A DNA stretch of 64,000 bases, from NCBI GenBank assembly GCA_965195285.1, contig CBDAFS010000031.1:125262-189261 (forward strand). Direction: 5' to 3'. This document shows, one piece after another, positions 1 through 9,874 of this stretch. The DNA is from an uncultured Aminicenantes bacterium (GTDB lineage: Bacteria; Acidobacteriota; Aminicenantia; UBA2199). The notes below the pieces were generated by a model. That model did not search any database. It was not told where the DNA came from and was given only the letters and a program-made list of their open reading frames with translations. Position 1 is the first letter of the stretch, and the number at the start of each line of letters is the position of its first letter. A program made the position numbers and the translations under genes.

Positions 1-300
1 GTGGCCAAAATCGAGGGTCCCAACCGCCACCCGGGAATGATGCCCGGAGTCAAATTGCACAAACTCAAGCTGGTTTTTGAAAAAACCACGGGAGTATTAT
101 TAGGGGGTCAGGTATTGGGTGGAGAAAGTACCGGGGAAATATCGAATATCATTTCTGCCTGCATTATCTCCCGTATGACGACCAATGATATTTCCATGTT
201 CCAGGTCGGAACTCACCCGGCTTTGACATCTTCACCGGTGGCATATCCCCTGATCAATGCGGCCGAGATGGCCATCGGGCAGATGAAAAAAACCAAATAA
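1..300 (+). CDS. FAD-dependent pyridine nucleotide-disulfide oxidoreductase (NADH oxidase/CoA-disulfide reductase-like), C-terminal part only
   Basis: KLVFEKTTGVLLGGQVLGG...EISNIISACI...THPALT matches the dimerisation domain; the gene runs off the window start. Confidence 0.8.
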   Translation: MAKIEGPNRHPGMMPGVKLHKLKLVFEKTTGVLLGGQVLGGESTGEISNIISACIISRMTTNDISMFQVGTHPALTSSPVAYPLINAAEMAIGQMKKTK

Positions 301-323
301 ATGACCCTGTCCAGAGGTGGATT

Positions 324-734
324 ATGTTAAAAATTTTATTGATAGACGATGATTTGGATTGCATCGAGCCCCTGAAGATTGTACTGACTTCAGAGGGATT
401 CGGGGTAGAAACAGCTTTATCTCCCCAGGAAGGAATCGAAAAGGTAAAACAGACAAACCCTGATCTGGTGGTCCTGGATGTCATGATGCCCAATGATTAC
501 GAGGGTTTTGAAGTGGCTAAGCATATACGGGAAAATTTGGGATTAAAGGAATTGCCCATCCTGATACTCTCCAATGTACACAATGTTAAAAAAGTTCCTT
601 ACCGGTTTGCCCCGGATAAGGATTTTTTACCGGTGGATGTTTTCATCGACAAACCGGTTGATCCTGATATTTTACTTGATACGGTGAATAAACTGCTTGG
701 CGAAAAACGTGAAGATCCCAGGACCCCCCTATAG
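324..734 (+). CDS. Single-domain response regulator (receiver)
   Basis: ILLIDDD, LVVLDVMMP and FIDKP receiver motifs; GAGGTGG RBS. Confidence 0.9.
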   Translation: MLKILLIDDDLDCIEPLKIVLTSEGFGVETALSPQEGIEKVKQTNPDLVVLDVMMPNDYEGFEVAKHIRENLGLKELPILILSNVHNVKKVPYRFAPDKDFLPVDVFIDKPVDPDILLDTVNKLLGEKREDPRTPL

Positions 735-810
735 AGGGAATCTGATTTCCGGCATCATTCCATTATAACCCGGTGCAGGATCACTTCAGCTGTAAAATTT
801 CAGATTTGGA

Positions 811-2133
811 TTAAATTCCGGAAACCACCACGTCGGTAAATACCAGGCTGGGTGTGCGCCAGCTGGAATAGATCCAGGGATCGTTGGCCGCTTCAGACAG
901 TTTCTGCCAGAATTCCAGATGATTGTAAGCAATATTCATTTCCACCACGGTTTGAACCGGTAGGCCCTTGTCAAAGAGTTTTCCGATGATGCCTACCGAG
1001 GCATCCCCGGTGATGGAGTTGGAATTACCACCGATAAATCCGGTAATGAAAATTCCCCGGCCCAGGTCTTTCATGATCTCTGACACCGATCGTTTCCCCG
1101 GGGGGATGATAATATTGGAAGGCCGTCCGGCGGTCGGTTCCCAGCCCAGTTTCCGGCTGTAATACCAATCCAGATAAAATTCCTTTAAAACGCCCTTTTC
1201 AACCATGGTTCTTTTCTTGGCGGCAAATCCGTCACCATCATACAAACGGCTGCCCAGGCCCCCTTGCATCAGGGGATCATCGATTAGGGTAAACCAATCG
1301 CTGCCTATTTTCTGTCCCTTTTTCTCAGCCAGGAATGAACGTTTTTGTTGAATGCTTCGTCCGAACAGGGGAGACAAGAATCCATACATGATGCGGGGAA
1401 CGTTACGGTTTTCAATGATGATGGGCAGGGTTTCGGTTTTGATTTTTTTGCCTCCCAAAAGGTCAAAGGTGCGTTTGGCTGCCACTTTTCCGATTTCCTC
1501 TGCTGGGGGAAGTCCCTTTTGATTGACCGAGGCCACATAGTTGTACCCATTGGGCCGGCGGTCTCCCTCATCCTGCATGGTTATTTCCGCTCCGGCCCAG
1601 TAAATGGTGGCCTGCCTGTATCCTTCGAAGCCGTTACTGGCCATCATGACCGATTCATAACGGTTGTCATATTCCATGGCCGTTACTGAAATTGTTTTTT
1701 CCCCGCCTTTTTTCAGGCAGGCATTTTCAATGGCCTTAGCCATTTTATGCCGTCCTTCGGCAGTCAGATTCTTATAATCCGGATCATTGATTTCCAGATC
1801 CACATTGGCTCTGCCCTGATAATATTTGGGGTCCGGCAAGATTCTGAAAGGGTCCTCGGCCAGAAGTTTGGTGGCACTAACCGCATTGGTAATAAAGGTT
1901 TTCAGCGCATTCATTCTCAAATCGGATGTCCATTGGCGGGAATAACGCTTGTTGACAAAAATTTCGACCGAGAGTTGCATTTTAGAGGCTTCTTTTATAT
2001 TTTCCGGCTTCTGATTGCGGTAGCTGATTTCAACAAATCGTTCACTGTCAATATTAACCCGGCATTCATCTGCTCCGGCTGCCTTGGCTGTTTTTATTGA
2101 AAATTCAGACAAATCACACATTTCTTTTTTCAT
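811..2133 (-). CDS. pmbA: TldE/PmbA family protein
   Basis: LGSRLYDGDG, FIGGNSNSITGDASVG and TPSLVFTDVVVSG motifs; directly downstream of tldD. Confidence 0.9.
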   Translation of the reverse strand: MKKEMCDLSEFSIKTAKAAGADECRVNIDSERFVEISYRNQKPENIKEASKMQLSVEIFVNKRYSRQWTSDLRMNALKTFITNAVSATKLLAEDPFRILPDPKYYQGRANVDLEINDPDYKNLTAEGRHKMAKAIENACLKKGGEKTISVTAMEYDNRYESVMMASNGFEGYRQATIYWAGAEITMQDEGDRRPNGYNYVASVNQKGLPPAEEIGKVAAKRTFDLLGGKKIKTETLPIIIENRNVPRIMYGFLSPLFGRSIQQKRSFLAEKKGQKIGSDWFTLIDDPLMQGGLGSRLYDGDGFAAKKRTMVEKGVLKEFYLDWYYSRKLGWEPTAGRPSNIIIPPGKRSVSEIMKDLGRGIFITGFIGGNSNSITGDASVGIIGKLFDKGLPVQTVVEMNIAYNHLEFWQKLSEAANDPWIYSSWRTPSLVFTDVVVSGI

Positions 2134-2148
2134 GGTTACCTCCCTGAT

Positions 2149-3684
2149 TTAGGCTTTTCGCCCGCCAACCGTCATTGATTTGACCAGAACCGTAGGCATC
2201 CCAAAACCAACCGGAACTCTCTGACCGTCTTTGCCGCAATATCCGGTACCGCCTTTGGACATCTCCAGATCGTTGGCCACCATGGTCATATTTTTCAGCA
2301 TCTTGGGGCCATTTCCCATGATATTCATGTCTTTTATAGGGGCGGTCAATTTTCCGTTTTCGATCATGAGTCCCTGGGACACATAGAAGGCAAAATCTCC
2401 CTCGCCAATTTTAACCTGGCCATTGCTAACGTCTTTTACATAGATTCCCTTTTTAACACTCTTGATAATTTCTTCGGGTGTGGATGGCCCTGCCAGCATA
2501 TAAGTGTTTCTCATTCGAGGGACTACATAGTGTTCATAGCTTTGACGGCGGCCGTTTCCGGTGGGTTTCACCTGGTAGTGTCTGGCTGAAATTTTGTCAT
2601 GCATATAGCTGGTCAAAATTCCATTTTCTACCAGAATGGTTTTTTGACCCGGTGTTCCTTCATCGTCTACATTCAGTGCACCCAGTAATTTTGGAATGGT
2701 CCCATCATCGATAATGGTCACAAAGGGTTCGGCCACTTTTTTCCCGATCATGGTGGTGTAGGTGGAAATCTTTTTCCGGTTGAAATCGGCTTCCATCCCG
2801 TGCCCGATGGCTTCGTGAAGCAGTATGGCCGGTATACCCGGACCCAGTACCACCGGCATTTCACCAGCCGGTGCCGGGACGGCATCAAAAAGAACCAGGA
2901 CCCGGTCAACAGCGGTTTTACAGATTTCTTTCACCACGTCCATGGTGTAATAAGAGAAGTCATGACGTCCGCCTAGATTCCAGCCCGAACGTTCCCGCTT
3001 ACCGTTCTTTTCCGCGACAACCGAGGCGTAAAGATAATTTTTCGGAATCAGGTCTTCGGTTTTAACCCCGTCACTGGTGACCACCAGTATGCGTTTTTGA
3101 CGGTCGTGAAATCCTGCACTGACCTTTATAATATGTGGTGAGAGGGCAAAACACCTGTCATTGGCTGCCTGGACCAGTGGAAGCTTGGATTCCAGGGGAA
3201 CCGAAGTCAGGAGTCTTTTCAAGGGATAGTAGTTTTTGGTCTCCTGCCGTATTAATTTATCGGCCGGTTTTTTTGCGGTTCCGGATGCGATAGTGGCAGC
3301 TGTGGCTGCGGCATCCAGCATTGATTTTTCATTGAGTATCTGGGTAAATCCATAACCCACCTGATCCCCTTTTACCGTCCGGATACCGACTCCCAGCTGG
3401 ACCACGCTGTAGGCTTGATTGACTTTTCCGTCTTCAAGATTAACCCAGTTTCCGATGGAATGCTCGAAAAATAAATCGGCAAAATCACCCCCTCTGGAAA
3501 GGGCTTTGGTAAGTACCCTCTGGCAAAGCAGGTCATTAATCCCGAATTCCTTTTCAAAATAACCGGTAGTTTTTACAGCGCCAGGGCCGGCTAAACTCCG
3601 GGGGATTAATGGAACTGATGCCATTGCAATTGACGTCATGGCAGAGCTCTTCAGAAACGAACGCCTGCTTATTTTTTTCATCAT
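2149..3684 (-). CDS. tldD: TldD family metalloprotease with Tat signal peptide
   Basis: LLHEAIGHGMEAD zinc motif, PRMRNTY, CGKDGQRVPV; N-terminal SRRSFLK twin-arginine motif. Confidence 0.92.
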   Translation of the reverse strand: MMKKISRRSFLKSSAMTSIAMASVPLIPRSLAGPGAVKTTGYFEKEFGINDLLCQRVLTKALSRGGDFADLFFEHSIGNWVNLEDGKVNQAYSVVQLGVGIRTVKGDQVGYGFTQILNEKSMLDAAATAATIASGTAKKPADKLIRQETKNYYPLKRLLTSVPLESKLPLVQAANDRCFALSPHIIKVSAGFHDRQKRILVVTSDGVKTEDLIPKNYLYASVVAEKNGKRERSGWNLGGRHDFSYYTMDVVKEICKTAVDRVLVLFDAVPAPAGEMPVVLGPGIPAILLHEAIGHGMEADFNRKKISTYTTMIGKKVAEPFVTIIDDGTIPKLLGALNVDDEGTPGQKTILVENGILTSYMHDKISARHYQVKPTGNGRRQSYEHYVVPRMRNTYMLAGPSTPEEIIKSVKKGIYVKDVSNGQVKIGEGDFAFYVSQGLMIENGKLTAPIKDMNIMGNGPKMLKNMTMVANDLEMSKGGTGYCGKDGQRVPVGFGMPTVLVKSMTVGGRKA

Positions 3685-3851
3685 TACCTCCTTAAAATTC
3701 GGATAAAAAACATTTTTCTGTTTTTATGGTAGCAAAATAATTTTTAATTTTCAACAGTGATCTTTAGATGATTTATTTTACTAACCAGATTCATTTTTGA
3801 TGATTTTAATTCGGAATAAAAAATATTTTTCCCTATGACATTATTAAAGGC

Positions 3852-3880
3852 TTGACCCCTTGTTTCCTGGAAGGTAAGAT
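3852..3880 (+). promoter_or_regulatory. Sigma70-type promoter, probably giving a leaderless mRNA
   Basis: TTGACC-17 bp-TAAGAT, with the ATG 5 nt after the -10 box. Confidence 0.6.
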
Positions 3881-3885
3881 GGGGT

Positions 3886-5406
3886 ATGAAAAAAAAAATT
3901 GGTTTTGATAATGAAAAATATTTGAAAGAACAGACAAAAGCTATTTTTCAGAGAATGGAAAGGTTCAGTGATAAATTGTATCTGGAATTTGGCGGCAAAC
4001 TTCTATATGATTACCATGCGGCCCGGGTTTTACCGGGTTTTGATCCAAATGTTAAGATTAAATTGCTGCAAGAAATAAAAGACCAGACCGATGTGATTCT
4101 GTGTATATATGCCGGTGATATCGAAAGAAAAAAGATTCGGGCAGATTTCGGTATCACCTATGATTCCGATGTTTTAAAACTAATTGATGATCTAAAGGAA
4201 TGGGGGATTTCATTATCTGCTGTGGTTATTACCCGTTTTGAAAATCAAATAGCTGCCCAGGTGTTTAAAAATAAGCTGGAGCGCCGGGATATCAAGGTCT
4301 TTACCCATAAATATACCAGAGGATATCCCACTGATATTGATGTGGTTGTTAGTGATGAAGGATATGGTAATAACCCGTATATTCAAACCGACAAACCCAT
4401 CGTGGTGGTCGCCGGCCCGGGGCCTGGCAGCGGGAAACTGGCCACCTGTCTCTCTCAGATGTATCATGACCACAAGAAAGGAATTCAGGCCGGTTATGCA
4501 AAGTTTGAAACCTTTCCCATCTGGAATCTTCCCCTCAAGCATGAGGTAAATGTGGCCTATGAAGCGGCCACGGCAGATATCAAAGATTTTAATTTAATTG
4601 ATCATTTTCATCTGGATGCCTACAATCAGAAAACAGTGAATTACAATCGGGACATTGAGGCATTTCCTTTACTTAAACGAATCATGGAAAAGATTTCCGG
4701 AAATGTTTTGCCCTATAAATCCCCTACTGATATGGGAGTAAATCAGGTTGGATTCGGGATAACCAATCATGAAATCATTAGAGAAGCCTCTACCCAGGAG
4801 GTTATCAGACGCTACTTTCGTTATGCTTGTGAATATTCCATGGGTTTAGCAGAAAAAGAAACAGTTCAGAGATTGGAATTGTTGATGGAAAATTTAGGGG
4901 TCACTGTAGTGGATCGCCAGGTGGTAACCCCTGCACGGAAGGCTGCGGCTGAAGCTCAGAAAACCGAGGGAAAGGGAAGTAGCGGTATTTTCTGTGGGGC
5001 TGCGATTCAGTTCCCTGATGGGAGCATTGTAACCGGGAAAAATTCTCCTCTGATGCATGCGGCATCCAGCCTTATTTTAAATGCGACAAAAGAACTGGCT
5101 GCCATTCCGGATGAAATCCCATTATTACCTCAAAATATTATTGAATCTCTGAGTTATTTAAAAAAAGATGTTTTAAATGGAAGCAAAGTGAGTTTGAATC
5201 TGGATGAAACCCTGATTGCACTGGGAATTAGTGCCACCAGTAATCCAGCTGCCCGGGTAGCAGTGGAAAAATTAAAAGAGCTCAGAAATTGTGAGGCTCA
5301 CATGACCCATATGCCCTCACCCGGAGATGAGGCCGGTCTGAAAAAATTGGGAATTAATCTCACCAGCGATCCCAACTTTTCCTCAAAAAACCTTTTTATT
5401 AATTAA
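3886..5406 (+). CDS. DUF1846 domain protein (P-loop-like)
   Basis: KLYLEFGGKL, GPGSGKLATCLSQ and GYAKFETFPIWNLPLKH are characteristic of DUF1846. Confidence 0.88.
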   Translation: MKKKIGFDNEKYLKEQTKAIFQRMERFSDKLYLEFGGKLLYDYHAARVLPGFDPNVKIKLLQEIKDQTDVILCIYAGDIERKKIRADFGITYDSDVLKLIDDLKEWGISLSAVVITRFENQIAAQVFKNKLERRDIKVFTHKYTRGYPTDIDVVVSDEGYGNNPYIQTDKPIVVVAGPGPGSGKLATCLSQMYHDHKKGIQAGYAKFETFPIWNLPLKHEVNVAYEAATADIKDFNLIDHFHLDAYNQKTVNYNRDIEAFPLLKRIMEKISGNVLPYKSPTDMGVNQVGFGITNHEIIREASTQEVIRRYFRYACEYSMGLAEKETVQRLELLMENLGVTVVDRQVVTPARKAAAEAQKTEGKGSSGIFCGAAIQFPDGSIVTGKNSPLMHAASSLILNATKELAAIPDEIPLLPQNIIESLSYLKKDVLNGSKVSLNLDETLIALGISATSNPAARVAVEKLKELRNCEAHMTHMPSPGDEAGLKKLGINLTSDPNFSSKNLFIN

Positions 5407-5451
5407 TATTTGATTGTTATTTCTTGTCCAAAAGAAACGCTTCAATCCGGG

Positions 5452-5871
5452 CTAATTCAGCTGGATGTCCTTTTCCTTTAAAAAATTTCCGAATTGAACA
5501 TCTATGCCCTTGATGTGTTTGACCAGCCAGTTATTGAGAAAACTATTGAGGGCATCGGCCAGCTGAAAGGTGGCTCCTTCCTCTTTGAAATCCCGCTCCA
5601 GATCATTCAAGGTGTTGACCAATTCCCGGTGGCTGGTCTGGTGGGCTTCCAAACCCGGGTAGTTATTGGATTGCATGTGGTTTTCTTCGGTTGAAAAATG
5701 AAAGTGGGTATAGTCGATCAGAAAATCCAGCGTTTTGATGATTTGAGTTAATGCCTGGCCATTGTCAATGGCCAGGGAAACATCATTGGCCCGCTGAAAC
5801 AGCATTTTATGTTGTTCATCGATCAATGCTATCCTGACTGCCAGGTCCTGGGTCCATTCAAATGTGGGCAT
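5452..5871 (-). CDS. Bacteriohemerythrin
   Basis: IDEQHKMLF, HFSTEE, HQTSH and WLVKHIKGID di-iron ligand pattern. Confidence 0.92.
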   Translation of the reverse strand: MPTFEWTQDLAVRIALIDEQHKMLFQRANDVSLAIDNGQALTQIIKTLDFLIDYTHFHFSTEENHMQSNNYPGLEAHQTSHRELVNTLNDLERDFKEEGATFQLADALNSFLNNWLVKHIKGIDVQFGNFLKEKDIQLN

Positions 5872-5906
5872 GTTTTTCCCTCCCTGAAAGGTGGCTTGGT
5901 GATGAA

Positions 5907-7202
5907 TTAACTGTCCGGTGTCCAGTTTTCCATTTCATCAAACACCTCTTTGATTATGTTCGTGCAACGGTCCATATGTTTCTTGGTATGGCTGGATGAG
6001 ATGGATAAACGCAGGCGTGTGCGTTTCTTGGATACTGCCGGGAAGGTTACCACGCCCGTATAGAGCCCTTTCTCCATAATTCGTTTGCTGACTTCCCGGA
6101 GTCGGATGTCCTCTCCGGTCATGACCGGAATTACATGAGACTTGGTATCACCGATGTCCAGGCCCGCCTCATTGAGTTTCTTATGCATATAGTGGATGTT
6201 TTCCCAGAGTTTTTCCTTAGGGGATTTATCCTGTCGGTAGAGATCCATTACCTTCAAAATACCGGCCGCGGTATGAGGGGCCATGGCACAGGAAAATACA
6301 TAAGACCGGGCAGCCATTTTCAGATACCACATCAATTTCAGTTTGCCGGCGGCAAAACCACCGATGGCTCCGAAAGCCTTGCTGAAGGTTCCGATGGTGA
6401 TGTCAATCTCACCCTCAACTCCGAAGTGTTCACCGACACCGCCGCCCCTCTCACCGAAAATAAGGGTGGCATGGGCCTCATCCAGGAGAATTTTAGCCCC
6501 GTATTTCTTGCAGACCGGGACAATTTCCGGTAAATTAGCCAGGTCACCATCCATGCTGTATATACCTTCTACGCAGACGATTACCCGTCTTCCCTTCAAT
6601 GACTGCAGGATCTTTTCCAGGTGTCTGGCACTGTTATGGGAAAAAACCTTAATCTCAGCGCCGGACAGTAGTACGCCGTCATATATCGAGGCATGGGACA
6701 GGATATCCAGTACCGCCACATCCCCGGGTCTCAATATGCCGGACAAGGCCCCCAGATTGGCGCTGTATCCGGTCGGGAAAACCACTGCCGCTTCCTGACC
6801 CTTGAATTGGGCAATGGTTTCTTCCAGTTGATAGGTCAAATCATAATATCCGCTGAGTAACGGAGCCGAAACCGCACCGGTGCCGTATTTGGCAACGGCA
6901 TCCTGTACCGCTTTTTTGACTTCGGGATGAAAGGAATATCCCAGATAATTATAGGAACAAAAGTTTAAGAATTTCCGGATTTTATTAGTATATCGGTCGA
7001 GCACGTCGAATTCCGGGGTGGGAGCGCTGGAAATGGGTTGGCCGTAAACCATGTATTTTTTTCTGTCCCAGTCCCGAATATATTCAAAAAAGTATTCAGA
7101 GGCCTCAAACATGTCATCGCTCTTGAAATTGACAAAATCAAAAGTGGTATAATCATTTGAATTGAGATTCTTCAAGTCCATATCTTTTTTGTTTAGTGTC
7201 AT
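5907..7202 (-). CDS. Alpha-oxoamine synthase family PLP enzyme (BioF/Kbl/serine palmitoyltransferase-like)
   Basis: FCSYNYLG, HASIYDG, GIYSMDGD, DEAH and GTFSKAFG motifs; substrate cannot be assigned. Confidence 0.85.
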   Translation of the reverse strand: MTLNKKDMDLKNLNSNDYTTFDFVNFKSDDMFEASEYFFEYIRDWDRKKYMVYGQPISSAPTPEFDVLDRYTNKIRKFLNFCSYNYLGYSFHPEVKKAVQDAVAKYGTGAVSAPLLSGYYDLTYQLEETIAQFKGQEAAVVFPTGYSANLGALSGILRPGDVAVLDILSHASIYDGVLLSGAEIKVFSHNSARHLEKILQSLKGRRVIVCVEGIYSMDGDLANLPEIVPVCKKYGAKILLDEAHATLIFGERGGGVGEHFGVEGEIDITIGTFSKAFGAIGGFAAGKLKLMWYLKMAARSYVFSCAMAPHTAAGILKVMDLYRQDKSPKEKLWENIHYMHKKLNEAGLDIGDTKSHVIPVMTGEDIRLREVSKRIMEKGLYTGVVTFPAVSKKRTRLRLSISSSHTKKHMDRCTNIIKEVFDEMENWTPDS

Positions 7203-7367
7203 GGTTTTTACCTCATTTTCAGTTTATTATATTTCCTAATCATATTTAAATACCATTATATGATAAAAATTTCAAATATTTTCTCATTAAAAAGTAAAAT
7301 ACTTTGTAATAGATGAACCGGCTAAAATTCTGGTTTCGTTCGGTAAGAAAAGGTTGAAAGCCAATGA

Positions 7368-8057
7368 TTACAGGTTCATTAAATGGCCCTGGTGTTTTAA
7401 CCAGTTTCTCTGTTCCCGGTAGTTTGGGATTAATTGTTCGACCCGGTCCCAGAAAGCTCTGGAATGGTTGTTTTCACGAATATGGACCAATTCATGAACC
7501 ACGACATAATCAATGACTTTCAGGGGGGCCATGATCAGGCGCCAGTTCAGGAATAGATTGCCCCTGGTGCTACAGGACCCCCATCTTTTACGGGCATTGG
7601 AAATGTTTAGCTGACGGCAGTGGATACCCGAAAGTCGATAATAAAGGGATATCCTATCTGTAAATATATCCATGGCCTGTTTCCGGTACCAGACCTTGAA
7701 TAATTCACGGGCCTCGGACAGAGATTTCGGGGTAATGTGGAATTTGTTCTCCCGGTAGAGGAACGGAATCTCCTGGCCTTGGGCCAGGATCAGTGGGTAT
7801 TCATTTCCCAGAAATAGAAATTTTTCACCGGGGATATATTTTTTCTGTGGAACCTGGGCCAGCCTCTTTCTGGCTTCCTGTTGTTTGCGTAAAATCCAGA
7901 TCTTTTTTTCAATCACGATTCGGTTGATTTGCCGGGTTGATACCAATAAAGGTGCGCGTACAATCAGGCGGGCATTACCGGAAATCTCCAGTCCTATGCT
8001 TCTTCTTCTGGATCTGATTATCTGATCAATCTGAATTTTCGAGTGGGATGAATCCAT
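7368..8057 (-). CDS. YgjP/DUF45 (M48/SprT-like) metal-dependent hydrolase
   Basis: RWGSCS...LNWRL...DYVVVHELVHIRENNHS..FW. Confidence 0.88.
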   Translation of the reverse strand: MDSSHSKIQIDQIIRSRRRSIGLEISGNARLIVRAPLLVSTRQINRIVIEKKIWILRKQQEARKRLAQVPQKKYIPGEKFLFLGNEYPLILAQGQEIPFLYRENKFHITPKSLSEARELFKVWYRKQAMDIFTDRISLYYRLSGIHCRQLNISNARKRWGSCSTRGNLFLNWRLIMAPLKVIDYVVVHELVHIRENNHSRAFWDRVEQLIPNYREQRNWLKHQGHLMNL

Positions 8058-8113
8058 CTTATTTTTCCATTATATATTTTATCCTAAAATTTTGATTTTT
8101 CAATCCTAAAAAT

Positions 8114-8884
8114 TTATTGATACTGCTTCCAGATGGCATCCAGGGCAGCGGCTGCGCCCTGATTGATTTTGATATCCACCAGATCGGATATCTCGGTCCT
8201 GCCGGGATTAATTTCAATGGTCGGACGGCCCTGATGCCGGGCCAGCATAACCGGTTGCATGATATAGGGGAATACACTGGTGGTTCCAATGGAAAAGGTC
8301 AGGTCAAAACCCATCTCCAGCTGGCTTGATAACATTGCCAGGCTGGGAGCGGGAAGTATCTCACCGAAGAATACCACATCCGGCCTTATCAGGGCCTGGC
8401 ATTCGGGGCAAAGAGGGGGTATGGACAGGCCGTCAAAATCTTTCACCCGCTGCTTCCAGTTACAATTCGAACAGATCAGTTGATGGATATCACCGTGAAT
8501 ATTGATCACATTCCGGGAACCGGCGTCCTGGTGGAAGCCATCCACATTCTGGGTCAGGACCCACACCCGCTCAAAACAGGTTTCCATTTTGGCAATTATT
8601 TCATGCCCGCGGTTGAAGTGGGCTCCCCGGCATTTTTTTTCAATCTGGGATATGTATTTCCAGGTCAATTCGGGCCGGGTCCGAAGGGTGCAGACAGACA
8701 AAGCTGTCTCAATTGACATTCCATCCTCGGTAGTCTGGCTGTCATAGAGTCCCCCGATTCCCCGGTAGGTGGGTAGTCCGGAATCCGCTGAAATACCGGC
8801 GCCGGTAATGAAAAGGATGCTGCGACAACTTTTCAAGAGGCTGGCAGCCTGGCTGATTTTTTCCGGTTCACTCATCTCAGACAT
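8114..8884 (-). CDS. cobB: NAD-dependent protein deacylase (sirtuin)
   Basis: GAGISADSGLPTYRG, TQNVDGFHQDAGS, HG, CxxC...CxxC and RPDVVFFGE; start uncertain (ORF extends to 8965). Confidence 0.88.
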   Translation of the reverse strand: MSEMSEPEKISQAASLLKSCRSILFITGAGISADSGLPTYRGIGGLYDSQTTEDGMSIETALSVCTLRTRPELTWKYISQIEKKCRGAHFNRGHEIIAKMETCFERVWVLTQNVDGFHQDAGSRNVINIHGDIHQLICSNCNWKQRVKDFDGLSIPPLCPECQALIRPDVVFFGEILPAPSLAMLSSQLEMGFDLTFSIGTTSVFPYIMQPVMLARHQGRPTIEINPGRTEISDLVDIKINQGAAAALDAIWKQYQ

Positions 8885-9240
8885 GTCATTGTTAGGTGAT
8901 ATCCGGTCTATTTTATCCCCTGCTGATAAAAATAGCAAGGCCTGGTTTCTGGTGAGCCCGCCCACTACTTTTTTAAAAATGTGACCAAAGTCACATTGAA
9001 AAAAACCCTGTCTTATAATATTTATATTTATGTGATTCGGCTGAAATTCAGATGTCGAATATAAAAAAAGAAAATGAAAAAAATTATCATTTACTTCCTT
9101 TTGTTTTTATTCTTGCTGTTCTTTGCCTGGTGAATGCGATCGGGGAAACGGATTAAAACAGCATTTTTGTTTGCCGGATTGTTTTCTGGTTTCCCATCAA
9201 TTTTTCCGATATTATCTTTTTGCTAAAAGTCAGGCTTCAA

Positions 9241-9771
9241 TTATTTTTTTTTTACCGGGATTTCAATGCGGGTCAACAACTCCTCCGGTTTTGTCTGCAT
9301 GGGGCTATTGAGGTAAAATTCATAGGTGGGCAGGGCCATTTCATACTGGTTGGCCTGGATGTAGGCTGCCAGTTTTTTATAGACTGTTGGAAGTAAATCG
9401 TAACTTCCCTTGTGGATAAACTCCAGCACGGTTTTCTTTTCATAAGTGGCCATTTGCAACGGTGATTTTACCTGGATGTCAGTAGAGACCGGGAATCCGA
9501 TATCCCACTTCAACTCGCTCTCCTCCACCATCTCCGGTGAATTGTGATAAACGGAAATCAGAGCTCCGGCGGGTTGCAGTCCCTGTTTGAAGAATTCTCC
9601 CATAAATGCCATTATGTTCTGGGACATGGTTTTAAAGGAACCGCTGAAAGACATATAAGCATAGGAAAAAGCCGGTTTTTCCTTGACCTGAATCGGGGTT
9701 TCGCCCGAGGTAAATGAAAAAGTGGCCAGTATCGTCAGACTCAAAAATACAAAAAATGTAATTTTCTTCAT
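9241..9771 (-). CDS. Secreted GyrI-like small-molecule-binding protein
   Basis: Signal peptide; HKGSYDLL...YEFYLNSP...TRIEIPV GyrI-like pattern. Confidence 0.8.
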   Translation of the reverse strand: MKKITFFVFLSLTILATFSFTSGETPIQVKEKPAFSYAYMSFSGSFKTMSQNIMAFMGEFFKQGLQPAGALISVYHNSPEMVEESELKWDIGFPVSTDIQVKSPLQMATYEKKTVLEFIHKGSYDLLPTVYKKLAAYIQANQYEMALPTYEFYLNSPMQTKPEELLTRIEIPVKKK

Positions 9772-9874
9772 TTTTTCCTCCTGTTCGCTGATTGTTCGCC
9801 TTTATTATATTCGCTGAAATCCAAAACGTCAAGTGAAAAATATTTTTTCTATTATTTTATGGTAATATTTTTGT

